Shown here one piece after another: positions 9,696 through 17,437 of a DNA stretch of 64,000 nucleotides. Every line of letters starts with the position of its first letter. Position 1 is the first letter of the stretch. Under the pieces are notes generated by a model that saw nothing but the letters and a program-made list of their open reading frames with translations, was not told the origin of the DNA and did not search any database. Origin of the DNA: a virus. The DNA lies in the IMG/VR virus record IMGVR_UViG_3300028840_003906; one strand, given 5' to 3'. A program made the translations under genes and the position numbers.

Positions 9696-11239
9696 AAGTT
9701 CTGATTTCAGGGTTGGCTTGGCTTCCGATGGCGGAGCTTCAGACGCACCATATCCAGAACATCAAGCGTGAGCTTACGATCCAGCCAAAGAAGACCACCG
9801 ATATCCAGACGAAGAAGGATCCGGAGCCCATCTTCCTGTGGGAGGAGGATCGGGAGAACGGCCTGATCGGCGTCCCGAGGAACTACTACGATGGTCGCAA
9901 GGGAGCCGATCATGAAGAGGTGATCGATGTCTCGTACGGTGCCCCGATGGCTGAACAGAAGACGCTGTTTTCTGCGGATGGGCCGTATGCAGAGCAGGAA
10001 GATGCACTCAGGACAATGGCCTATGCTTTTGAGGATCGGAAGTATGGTGGTGTTTTTTTGCGTGCAGATCCAGGATTCGGGAAAACTATTTGTGGAATCG
10101 AGTTTGCCCGAAGGATCGGAAGAAGGACGCTGATTCTGGTTCACAAGGACTTCCTCCTGCGTCAGTGGAGGAAGAGGATTCTTGGCATCATGCCGGACGC
10201 CAAAATCGGAATCATCAAGCAGTCGAAGTGTGAATTTGATCAGCTGGAGAAGACTGGCGAGTCGCCTGACTTTGTGATTGGTATGTTGCAGTCGATTTCC
10301 CGGGATGACGGGTTCAAGTACCCGGATCAGATGTACTCTGCGTTTGGTCTTGTTGTGAGCGACGAGGCCCATCGCGTCGGCGCTGGCAGTTGGGCTGGTA
10401 TTATTCCAAGGTTTCGGGCAGCGTGGCGCCTTGGTCTGACAGCGACTCCTCGTCGAAAGGATGGGGCGCAGGGGGTATTTTTCTCGCACATTTCTCCTGT
10501 CACATATTCAGCTGATACGAAGATGATGAAGCCGAAGCTGCGAAGGATTAGAACGACGTCTACGCTTCGGAGGATCGCCAGGGGGAATTACAAGGTTGCG
10601 GTGTCGAACCTCAACAGCGCTCAGATCATCAACCAGCTGGCGGCCGACGATTTTCGATCTCGGGACATTGTTGATGACATGGTTGAGGCTGTGAAGAATG
10701 GCCGCAAGGTCATGGTTGTGAGCCGGAGGCTGGAGCATCTCAAGAAGATGTCGGATACGTTGAGCGGTATTTTGTTCAACATGAATCTCGGATTTTTCCC
10801 GAGGATCGATTTCTACACGAGTGAATGGTACACGGGCGAGAAGTGGGAGTCCCACAAGATGAGCAAGAGTGGAAAGCTCCTGCATAGGAAGGGAGATCCG
10901 AAGTTCAAGAAGAGGTCGGAGGCAGATCTGGAGAAGGCAGAGTCGGCGAACATCCTGTTCTGCACCTTCCAGATGATGGAGGAGGGGTTGGACGTTGCAT
11001 CTGCGGATGTTCTCGTGATGGCCACTCCCGAGTCCGACATTGAGCAGTTGGTCGGAAGAATTCAGAGGTGGTGCCTTCCGAAGGATGGCAAGTGCGAGAA
11101 GATGTGTCCCTGGCGTGCGGGGCAGTGCAAGGGGAAGCCTCAGCCGATTGTCGTGGATGTGCTCGATGAGCAGATTCCGAGAATGGTCTCGAAGTACAAT
11201 CGAAGGAAGAGGTTCTACAAGAAGATCGGGATGATTTGA
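9692..11239 (+). CDS. superfamily 2 (DEAH-box) helicase
   Basis: ADPGFGKT, SDEAHR, LTATPRRKDG, MMEEGLDV, EQLVGRIQR. Confidence 0.92.
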   Translation: MKVLISGLAWLPMAELQTHHIQNIKRELTIQPKKTTDIQTKKDPEPIFLWEEDRENGLIGVPRNYYDGRKGADHEEVIDVSYGAPMAEQKTLFSADGPYAEQEDALRTMAYAFEDRKYGGVFLRADPGFGKTICGIEFARRIGRRTLILVHKDFLLRQWRKRILGIMPDAKIGIIKQSKCEFDQLEKTGESPDFVIGMLQSISRDDGFKYPDQMYSAFGLVVSDEAHRVGAGSWAGIIPRFRAAWRLGLTATPRRKDGAQGVFFSHISPVTYSADTKMMKPKLRRIRTTSTLRRIARGNYKVAVSNLNSAQIINQLAADDFRSRDIVDDMVEAVKNGRKVMVVSRRLEHLKKMSDTLSGILFNMNLGFFPRIDFYTSEWYTGEKWESHKMSKSGKLLHRKGDPKFKKRSEADLEKAESANILFCTFQMMEEGLDVASADVLVMATPESDIEQLVGRIQRWCLPKDGKCEKMCPWRAGQCKGKPQPIVVDVLDEQIPRMVSKYNRRKRFYKKIGMI

Positions 11240-11246
11240 GGTTGGT

Positions 11247-11768
11247 ATGAACAAGGATCGAAAGGCTTACTTCGAGAACTACTACCAGGAGAAGAAGGGG
11301 GAGTTGCTCCAGCGGAGGAATGAGCGGTACAAGAGCGATCCTGAGTATCGCGAGAAGGCCAAGGAGCGCGCGCGTGCATGGAGGGCCAAGAAGAAGCAGC
11401 AGCGGGATGAGGAGCGCGAGAAGCTCAGGGCCGAGGGGAAGCTTGAGAATGAGGGAAAGCGGCCCAGGAAGCCCGTTCTCGTGATTGTGGGGGGGCGTAC
11501 GTTGACGGCGTACCCCATGAAGATTGTGGCAGAGAAGCTGGATCGATCCGTGGGGGCGATCAACTACTGGTCGAAGATTGGGTTGTTGCCGCATACGCCG
11601 ATTCGAACGAAGGGCGGCAACCGGCTGTATACCGAGGGGATGATTCTTGTCATGCAGATGGCGATCTCTCGGCGCGGGAGGATTTCGAAGACCGATACCA
11701 CGTTCCGTGATGAGATAATTGCGGGGTGGGAGGAGTTGGGTATTCCAGTTGACAAAACCGATGAATGA
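11247..11768 (+). CDS. MerR-like helix-turn-helix DNA-binding protein
   Basis: YPMKIVAEKLDRSVGAINYWSKIGLLP..IRTKGGNRLYT. Confidence 0.65.
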   Translation: MNKDRKAYFENYYQEKKGELLQRRNERYKSDPEYREKAKERARAWRAKKKQQRDEEREKLRAEGKLENEGKRPRKPVLVIVGGRTLTAYPMKIVAEKLDRSVGAINYWSKIGLLPHTPIRTKGGNRLYTEGMILVMQMAISRRGRISKTDTTFRDEIIAGWEELGIPVDKTDE

Positions 11769-11821
11769 TGCAAAAGTGCATCACGTTGAACCGTGGCAAG
11801 ATGCCATGCGGAGGTTGAAAG

Positions 11822-12385
11822 ATGGGAAGTGAGATAGGGGAAGGGAAAAATGTTCTGCGATACTCGGTTGGCAAGAACCCGGAGCGTGTCGTCAAGGCGG
11901 AGCACAAGGACGACGGGAATCCGGTCGAGCACACCGATGAGGATCTGAGCAATTTCACGGTCAGTTTTTCGCGCACGATCGCGCTCAAGAACTACGAGTT
12001 CGCGCGTGTCGGAATGGGGATCAAGGTTGGCATCCCGTTCGACGCGGACAAGAGCCACCGTAATCAGACGTACAATCGGATGCGGGATGCCATCACCGAG
12101 ATGTTGGACCGCGAGGAGTCCGTTATTCGGGCGCAGGATCGGGATGTCCAGCCGATCGATTTGAGTGATGTCGGGGAGAACGTGGTCGTCTGGATTGATT
12201 ACGGTATGACGTTCAAGACCGGAAAGTCGATGGATTCGCAGAAGATCGACATCACGCAGTCGCGTCGCCTGGAGAACGGGTCCGATTTCGAGGCAGCGGT
12301 CGAGGCACTGGGGGAAGAGGTCGGTCGTCGCATTGGTGAGCAGCGAGATGCTGTCACAAGCGGCGAGGGGAAGGTCGGTTTTTAG
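11822..12385 (+). CDS. hypothetical protein
   Basis: RBS GGAGG; ORF fills gap before RNA gene. Confidence 0.6.
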   Translation: MGSEIGEGKNVLRYSVGKNPERVVKAEHKDDGNPVEHTDEDLSNFTVSFSRTIALKNYEFARVGMGIKVGIPFDADKSHRNQTYNRMRDAITEMLDREESVIRAQDRDVQPIDLSDVGENVVVWIDYGMTFKTGKSMDSQKIDITQSRRLENGSDFEAAVEALGEEVGRRIGEQRDAVTSGEGKVGF

Positions 12386-12401
12386 GGGCGAGTCCGAAGA
12401 A

Positions 12402-12417
12402 GCGAACTTGAGTTCGC
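12402..12417. promoter_or_regulatory. palindrome copy 2
   Basis: GCGAACTTGAGTTCGC, 2 nt before a tRNA-like gene. Confidence 0.85.
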
Positions 12418-12419
12418 AT

Positions 12420-12492
12420 GGGTTGGTAGCTCAATTGGTAGAGCATCGCGTTACCTATAGGGCGTATGCTGGTTCGAATCCGGCCCTGTCCA
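12420..12492 (+). tRNA. degenerate tRNA (unpaired anticodon arm)
   Basis: D arm GCTC-AATTGGTA-GAGC and T arm GCTGG-TTCGAAT-CCGGC intact; acceptor weak; anticodon stem TCGCG/TAGGG does not pair. Confidence 0.55.
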
Positions 12493-12502
12493 TTGGAGGT
12501 AG

Positions 12503-12769
12503 ATGATGATATTGACGCATGGCGAGAAGATGGTGTGGGCCGCTGCATTCGTTGACGAGTTCATGCCTGGGTTCAAGGAGCCAGGAGAAAACTGCATTGA
12601 CACTGAGAAGTGGGAGCAGTACGAGATCGATCTTGCGGCCATGGCAGCGGAGTCGGCGTGTGGAGCCGTGTGCCGGATGCGGGACGCGAAAGAAAGGGTG
12701 GAGCATGGGTTCGGAGAGGACAGCGACGTGACACAGATGATTCGAGCTATGCTAGGAGACGACGGATGA
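12503..12769 (+). CDS. hypothetical protein (paralog of next gene)
   Basis: THGEKMVWAAAF start shared with next ORF. Confidence 0.65.
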   Translation: MMILTHGEKMVWAAAFVDEFMPGFKEPGENCIDTEKWEQYEIDLAAMAAESACGAVCRMRDAKERVEHGFGEDSDVTQMIRAMLGDDG

Positions 12770-13035
12770 AGATGACTCATGGGGAAAAGGTCCTTTGGGC
12801 GGTCGTCTTTGATCGTCGAAGAAGGGAAGTTGTGAAAGAGATGGCCCGTGATGGAAAGGGGATGCTTGATTCCAGATCCATGGATGCGCAGATCGAGAAG
12901 TCTTTCACAGAGGGAGTGGAGGTTGCACATCTTGTTGTTTCTGAATTGAGGGTGGCAAGAGGGAAGATGGTGGCATTTCGTGGGGAGGACGACGACGCTG
13001 TCCAGATGCTATCTGATGTGTTGGGGGTGGATTGA
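12766..13035 (+). CDS. hypothetical protein (paralog of previous gene)
   Basis: THGEKVLWAVVF; ATGA overlap. Confidence 0.65.
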   Translation: MKMTHGEKVLWAVVFDRRRREVVKEMARDGKGMLDSRSMDAQIEKSFTEGVEVAHLVVSELRVARGKMVAFRGEDDDAVQMLSDVLGVD

Positions 13036-13119
13036 TCTGAGGTTCGTTTTCGCCGTGTTTTGAACTTGATATCGTCAGCGGATTGGCGATGTTCATAGAA
13101 GAAAAAAAGGAGAAAAAAG

Positions 13120-14250
13120 ATGATACTTCTCGGCCTTTTGGCCATCCCGATTCTGATCGGGTTGGGGGCAATGATTCTCGGAAAAGGAAAGTTCACGTGG
13201 AAGGAGTTCCTGGTTCAGGAGGTGGTCCTTCTCGTGGTCATTGGGGGTGGTTACGGAGCTTCGGTCCTGGCCGCGAGATGGGGCGCCGCGTCCGATGTTG
13301 AGATCTGGAATGGGAAGGTTGCCCGGAAGGACAAGGGCACGCATGGGTGCTGTCACGACTACCCCTGCAATCCACACCCATGCAACTGCGACACGAATGG
13401 GGACTGCGATACTTGCTGGGATACCTGTTACGAGCACAGCCATGACGTGTACTGGGATGCGAAGTCGACCAACGGGGAGACCGTGTACAGCAATCGATGC
13501 AACGCGCCAGGTACGAGTACTCCGAGACGGTGGGCTCAGATTCAGATCGGCGAGCCGACAGCCGTCGAGCACAGCTACCAGAACTACATCAAGGCGAACC
13601 CGGACACCGTGCTGAGGCGTCAGGGTGCTGCCGAGAAGTTCAGAGGGCTCCTGCCCGCGTACCCGCGCGTGTACGACCACTACCGCATTCGGCAGTTCTT
13701 GTTCGTGAAGATCAAAGTGGACCCATCGGCGTTGAAGTTCATGAACGAGGTCCTCATGGAGATGAACGGGGATTTGGGGGCCAGGAAGCAGCTCAACATC
13801 ATCTTTGTGGTGGCGCGTACGGACGATCCATCCTATGCGGAGGCGCTGAGGGAGCACTGGATTGGCGGAAAGAAGAACGACTTGGTGGTGGTGATGGGTG
13901 CGAAGGAGTATCCGAAGTTGGATTTCGTGGAGGTAGTGACCTGGTCTAGGAGCGAGGAGATGAAGCTTGCGATCCGAGATCGGATCATGGAGACGGAGGA
14001 GTTCGGCCACGAGAAAGTCTTCAGTATCGTCCGGGAGGAGGCTGGGAAGAAGTTCGTCCGGCAGGAGATGGCGGAGTACGAGTACCTGATGTCCTCGGTC
14101 GAGCCGCCGACATGGGCGATCGTTTTGAATTTTGTGGTTGGCCTGATCGCATCGGTCGGCCTGGCTATCTATTTTTGGCTGAAAGACCCGTTCGGCGATA
14201 GGCGTCGGTACGGATATGGGTTCCATCGATCAAGGGACTGGAACTACTAG
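13120..14250 (+). CDS. membrane protein with extracytoplasmic TPM-like domain
   Basis: Two N-terminal and one C-terminal hydrophobic helices; Cys-rich CCHDYPCNPHPCNC loop; HWIGGKKNDLVVVMG; next to LemA-like gene. Confidence 0.6.
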   Translation: MILLGLLAIPILIGLGAMILGKGKFTWKEFLVQEVVLLVVIGGGYGASVLAARWGAASDVEIWNGKVARKDKGTHGCCHDYPCNPHPCNCDTNGDCDTCWDTCYEHSHDVYWDAKSTNGETVYSNRCNAPGTSTPRRWAQIQIGEPTAVEHSYQNYIKANPDTVLRRQGAAEKFRGLLPAYPRVYDHYRIRQFLFVKIKVDPSALKFMNEVLMEMNGDLGARKQLNIIFVVARTDDPSYAEALREHWIGGKKNDLVVVMGAKEYPKLDFVEVVTWSRSEEMKLAIRDRIMETEEFGHEKVFSIVREEAGKKFVRQEMAEYEYLMSSVEPPTWAIVLNFVVGLIASVGLAIYFWLKDPFGDRRRYGYGFHRSRDWNY

Positions 14251-14259
14251 GAGGAGAAG

Positions 14260-14847
14260 ATGAGTAGAGGAATCATTGTTTTGTTGTGCGTGATCGGAGT
14301 GGTCGTTTTGTTCGGAGGGGGGTATGGGTGTAGCGCGCTCGGGTACCGACAGGACTGCGTGAAAGCAGAGGCCGGGATCCAGGCGCAGTACAAGCAGAAC
14401 CAGAACAACTACGACAACATGTGGAAGCGCTTCAAGGAGGTCGCTGCGGTCCCGAAGATGTACGCCAAGGACCTGAAGGATCTGTGGGACGGCGCCATGA
14501 AGCAGCGGTACCAGGGCGAGGGGAACGGACAGCAGCCGATCTTCAAGTGGATCCAGGAGCACAACCCGCAGCTCGATGCGTCGGTTTACAAGCAGCTGCA
14601 GCGAACCCTGGAGGCTGGGAGGAAGTCCTTCGAGGCCGACCAGAAACAGCTCATCGCGAAGAAGCAGCAGTACGAAGTGGTCCTGAAAGGCAACCGATCT
14701 CTGTTTTTCAACATGTGGTTCGGGTTTCCGAGGATCGATCTCGACGAGTTCGACATCGTGACATCGGACAAGACGGAGGAGGTTTTCAAATCGAAGAAGG
14801 ACAATGGCGTCCTGTTCGGTGACGACGTGAAGCCTGCGGAGAAATGA
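14260..14847 (+). CDS. LemA-like membrane-anchored protein
   Basis: N-terminal TM helix then [20 protein letters not shown]...[21 protein letters not shown] helical bundle. Confidence 0.65.
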   Translation: MSRGIIVLLCVIGVVVLFGGGYGCSALGYRQDCVKAEAGIQAQYKQNQNNYDNMWKRFKEVAAVPKMYAKDLKDLWDGAMKQRYQGEGNGQQPIFKWIQEHNPQLDASVYKQLQRTLEAGRKSFEADQKQLIAKKQQYEVVLKGNRSLFFNMWFGFPRIDLDEFDIVTSDKTEEVFKSKKDNGVLFGDDVKPAEK

Positions 14848-15323
14848 AGAACCTGACCAACCGACAGGAGGAGGTCCTGAGAGTCATCGTCGAATTCATC
14901 CGCGAGCATATGGCCCCTCCGACGATCCGGGAGATCGGGGACATGGTTGGGATTTCCTCGACGAATGGAGTGATGGACCATCTCAAGGCGCTCCAGAGAA
15001 AGGGTTGGCTCAAAGAGGGGATAGAGGGGCACGCGAAGAGCCGCAAGGTTGCCCTCACGGGGAGGGCGCGGCTCTACCATGGGCTGTTCTTCTCTCGGGA
15101 GGATGTCGGCCTGTACAAGGCAGCTGTGGCCGACTTGTCGGCTCTTTTCGATGCCGGGGCGGATGGTCTCGATTTGTCCGTGTGTACGACGGCAGAGCAC
15201 GGGGCGGATGTTGCCTTGCGGACAGTGAAGAAGATGCTGGAGGCTCACGTAAAAATCGATCCTTTGGAGAAAAAAGAGGTTGACAAACCCATCGAACAGC
15301 AGCATGATACACGGGCGAGTTGA
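14844..15323 (+). CDS. lexA: LexA-type DNA-binding domain protein lacking the S24 peptidase domain
   Basis: [12 protein letters not shown]...[32 protein letters not shown] is a LexA winged HTH; no Ala-Gly cleavage site or Ser/Lys dyad domain visible. Confidence 0.85.
   Translation: MKNLTNRQEEVLRVIVEFIREHMAPPTIREIGDMVGISSTNGVMDHLKALQRKGWLKEGIEGHAKSRKVALTGRARLYHGLFFSREDVGLYKAAVADLSALFDAGADGLDLSVCTTAEHGADVALRTVKKMLEAHVKIDPLEKKEVDKPIEQQHDTRAS
15280..15308 (+). promoter_or_regulatory. promoter for the RNA cluster
   Basis: TTGACA 15280-85, 17 nt, CATGAT 15303-08. Confidence 0.65.
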
Positions 15324-15456
15324 GAGGGATAAACTTCTCGGAAAGAGAAGCCTGGCTCAACAAAAACAGGACCTGGGGAGGTCGCCGAGAGGTAAAGATC
15401 CAAGGCGTAAACACGCACGAGCTGGTGGAAGGCCAGCGTTTTGATCTTTGAAAATT

Positions 15457-15616
15457 CGCCGAGAACTGATGAGATACTTCAGCAAAGCCATACGAGGCCG
15501 AAGTTCCAGGTTCGATTCCTGGGTTCCCCACTCCTCGATATTCGAGGGTTCATTTGGGGAACTAGCCCAATGGTAGGGCGCGGAATGCAAAGCGTATCTA
15601 ATGAATTCTCTCGGCG
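15457..15616 (+). ncRNA. Y-RNA-like RNA with circularly permuted tRNA domain
   Basis: Outer stem CGCCGAGA/TCTCGGCG and AGATAC/GTATCT enclose T arm plus 3' acceptor GTTCCCCA (15506-30), placed before 5' acceptor plus D arm GGGGAAC-TA-GCCC-AATGGTA-GGGC (15556-79). Confidence 0.7.
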
Positions 15617-15643
15617 TTTTTCTTCTTTTTGCTCATTGAAAAT

Positions 15644-16006
15644 GGGTCCGACACGGTTTCGACTTGCATGAACGAAGTGTGTAGTGCAGGCTCCGGATGG
15701 TCTATCCGGATCAAAAATTGACCGAACAAGTAATTGTCGAAAATTACGAACCAATGCAGGCGGCTGCTTAAACCACCCCTGCCGTCAGACTGGCCGAGCT
15801 TCTCATAGGCCCGATCCTGGCGTCATCAATGAGGATCGCCCTGCGCGGGCAACCCTAAGCGCACGGGTTAAAAAAATGGGTTGCGAAACCTCCGCTGCTC
15901 AGTCTGGTTGCAAACGGGTGGCGGTTGAAATTATGACCGGGCTAAGCCTGTGAATGATCTGCTCATGGAGCATGTGAGGACCCGAGTTCGACTCTCGGCG
16001 GATCCA
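15644..16006 (+). ncRNA. ssrA: tmRNA
   Basis: GGGTCCG/CGGATCC acceptor with G3-U70, 5' ACGGTTTCGAC, T arm CCGAG-TTCGACT-CTCGG, tag frame 15736-15771 = VENYEPMQAAA-stop after GTAATT. Confidence 0.93.
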
Positions 16007-16129
16007 CTTTCGGCTTCGGAACAGTGCCGTAAACTGTTGCCCTGGTGGAGGTGCCGGGAGGCGCCCCGGGCCAAGTAAACTTGCTACAGTTGATCCATGC
16101 GGACGCTGGCAGATTGAAAGGCCCATTTT

Positions 16130-16163
16130 AGCGGGATAGAGAAATGGTAACTCACGGGTCTCA
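16130..16163 (+). pseudogene. orphan 5' half of a tRNA-Met
   Basis: AGCGGGA-TA-GAG-AAATGGTAA-CTC-A-CGGGT-CTCA, stops inside the anticodon; AGCGGGA is complementary to TCCCGCT at 16867-73. Confidence 0.7.
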
Positions 16164-16815
16164 GCCTGGGAGCGTTATGGATGGAAGATCAAAGGGTGGA
16201 GTTGAGAATGGAAAAAGGCTGAGGTCCCGTGCGGTTGCCAGGTATTACGAGGATCCCAATGTTTGTGAGAATTGTGGTTCTGTCATCAGGGTTGGAGATG
16301 GTGACAGGGTTTACGATGTGAGGAAGAAGCGTTTTTGCAACAGAAGTTGTGCCGCCTCGTTCAATAACCGGAAGCATCCAAAGAGATTAGCTCGGGAGAC
16401 TTGTGTGTGCGAGGATTGCGGTGATGTTGTTGTCCTGAAGCCGCAGCGTGGTGGAGGATACGTCCAGAGGCGGTTTTGTGACACGTGTGCGAAGGCTAGG
16501 AGGATAGGAGGGAAGCCTATTGGTCTACGCACAAAGGGGGAGGTTTTCTCTGGGTCAAAGAACTGGATATCGGCACGTTCCAGCATAAGGAAGGATGCTT
16601 GGCGAGTGTTTGAGGGTTCAGGGGCCGAGAGGGTGTGTGAGGTGTGCGGGTATAGTTTGCATGTGGATGTGTGTCACATCAAACCGGTTTCGGATTTTGG
16701 GGATTCGGCTCTCGTGAGCGAAGTCAATGATATCTTAAATCTCATTGCTTTGTGTCCCAACCATCACTGGGAATACGACAATGGGCATCTTGATTTGATG
16801 CGGGACAGACAGTAA
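16144..16815 (+). CDS. HNH homing endonuclease inserted in a tRNA-Met locus
   Basis: CENCG...FCNRSC Zn motifs; CEVCGY..HVDVCHIKPV...NLIALCPNHHWEYD HNH core; start may be ATG 16177. Confidence 0.88.
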   Translation: MVTHGSQPGSVMDGRSKGGVENGKRLRSRAVARYYEDPNVCENCGSVIRVGDGDRVYDVRKKRFCNRSCAASFNNRKHPKRLARETCVCEDCGDVVVLKPQRGGGYVQRRFCDTCAKARRIGGKPIGLRTKGEVFSGSKNWISARSSIRKDAWRVFEGSGAERVCEVCGYSLHVDVCHIKPVSDFGDSALVSEVNDILNLIALCPNHHWEYDNGHLDLMRDRQ

Positions 16816-16874
16816 TGGTGCTGTGACGGTCTCATAAGCCGTAATCAGTGTCGGTTCGAATCCGGCTCCCGCTA
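16799..16874 (+). tRNA. tRNA-Met (CAT)
   Basis: GCGGGA/TCCCGC acceptor (1:72 T-T), D stem ACAG/CTGT, ACGGT-CTCATAA-GCCGT, GTCGG-TTCGAAT-CCGGC; 5' end overlaps last HNH codons. Confidence 0.8.
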
Positions 16875-16902
16875 CTAAAGTGATAGACAGAGTGGTCCTG
16901 TT

Positions 16903-17118
16903 TTGATGGAAAGGATGGTGGGGACGATGCCAAATGGGGATTTCTTGAATCCGCGTTACCGCGATGGGAATGAGTACCTGACGAACAGGCAGCTCAAGAA
17001 GAAGTACGGATATGTCCCTCGCATCAACTCTGACGACTATGATTGCGAGAAGGACTATCTTGGTGAGCTTGAGGATGCGCGGGAGCATGGTTACGAGGAT
17101 GATGAGCGTTATCCGTAA
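16903..17118 (+). CDS. small acidic hypothetical protein
   Basis: 71-aa ORF between RNA genes. Confidence 0.5.
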   Translation: MMERMVGTMPNGDFLNPRYRDGNEYLTNRQLKKKYGYVPRINSDDYDCEKDYLGELEDAREHGYEDDERYP

Positions 17119-17119
17119 G

Positions 17120-17135
17120 GCGAACTTAAGTTCGT
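17120..17135. promoter_or_regulatory. palindrome copy 3
   Basis: GCGAACTTAAGTTCGT, 3 nt before a tRNA-shell RNA. Confidence 0.85.
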
Positions 17136-17138
17136 TTT

Positions 17139-17284
17139 GAGCGAGTGGCGGAATGGATACGCCGGGATCGCAGACCAAGAGTGATGGGTCAACGGCTGTT
17201 GGAAGACTCTGACTCGTTATGGTAGGACCTGGTGACCAGGTTCGGATTCTCAGCAGCGTGCATGTTCGAGTCATGTCTCGCTCA
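17139..17284 (+). ncRNA. tRNA-shell RNA with ~75-nt structured insert at the anticodon
   Basis: GAGCGAG/CTCGCTC-A acceptor, GCG-GAATGGATA-CGC D arm, GCATG-TTCGAGT-CATGT T arm; 146 nt. Confidence 0.7.
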
Positions 17285-17321
17285 TTTTTGGATCTTTGAA
17301 AATCGAAGTTTTGTTGATCGT

Positions 17322-17437
17322 GTCCCAGTAGTGCCAATTGGTAGAACGCTGTACGTAAGAATCGGCCGCGCCGTGGGAAACCTAGTGGTCGTAAGCTGCA
17401 TACGCAGAGGTTGCAGGTTCGAGTCCTGCCTGGGGTA
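17322..17437 (+). ncRNA. tRNA-shell RNA with anticodon-loop insert
   Basis: CCCAG/CTGGG acceptor core, AATTGGTA D loop, GCAGG-TTCGAGT-CCTGC T arm; insert helix CGGCCGC/GTGGTCG; 116 nt. Confidence 0.7.

Noticed and set aside
12420-12492. Functional tRNA-Gly(ACC)
   Set aside because: The anticodon stem does not pair and the acceptor has mismatches; kept only as a degenerate tRNA.
15466-15503. Hammerhead ribozyme suggested by CTGATGA
   Set aside because: The required stem II-GAAA element is missing (CGAAG follows), and the region is better explained by the Y-like stem.
16163-16835. Group I intron in tRNA-Met
   Set aside because: The ORF fills the interval, I see no P4/P7 core, and joining the halves gives a mispaired anticodon arm, whereas a complete tRNA already exists downstream.
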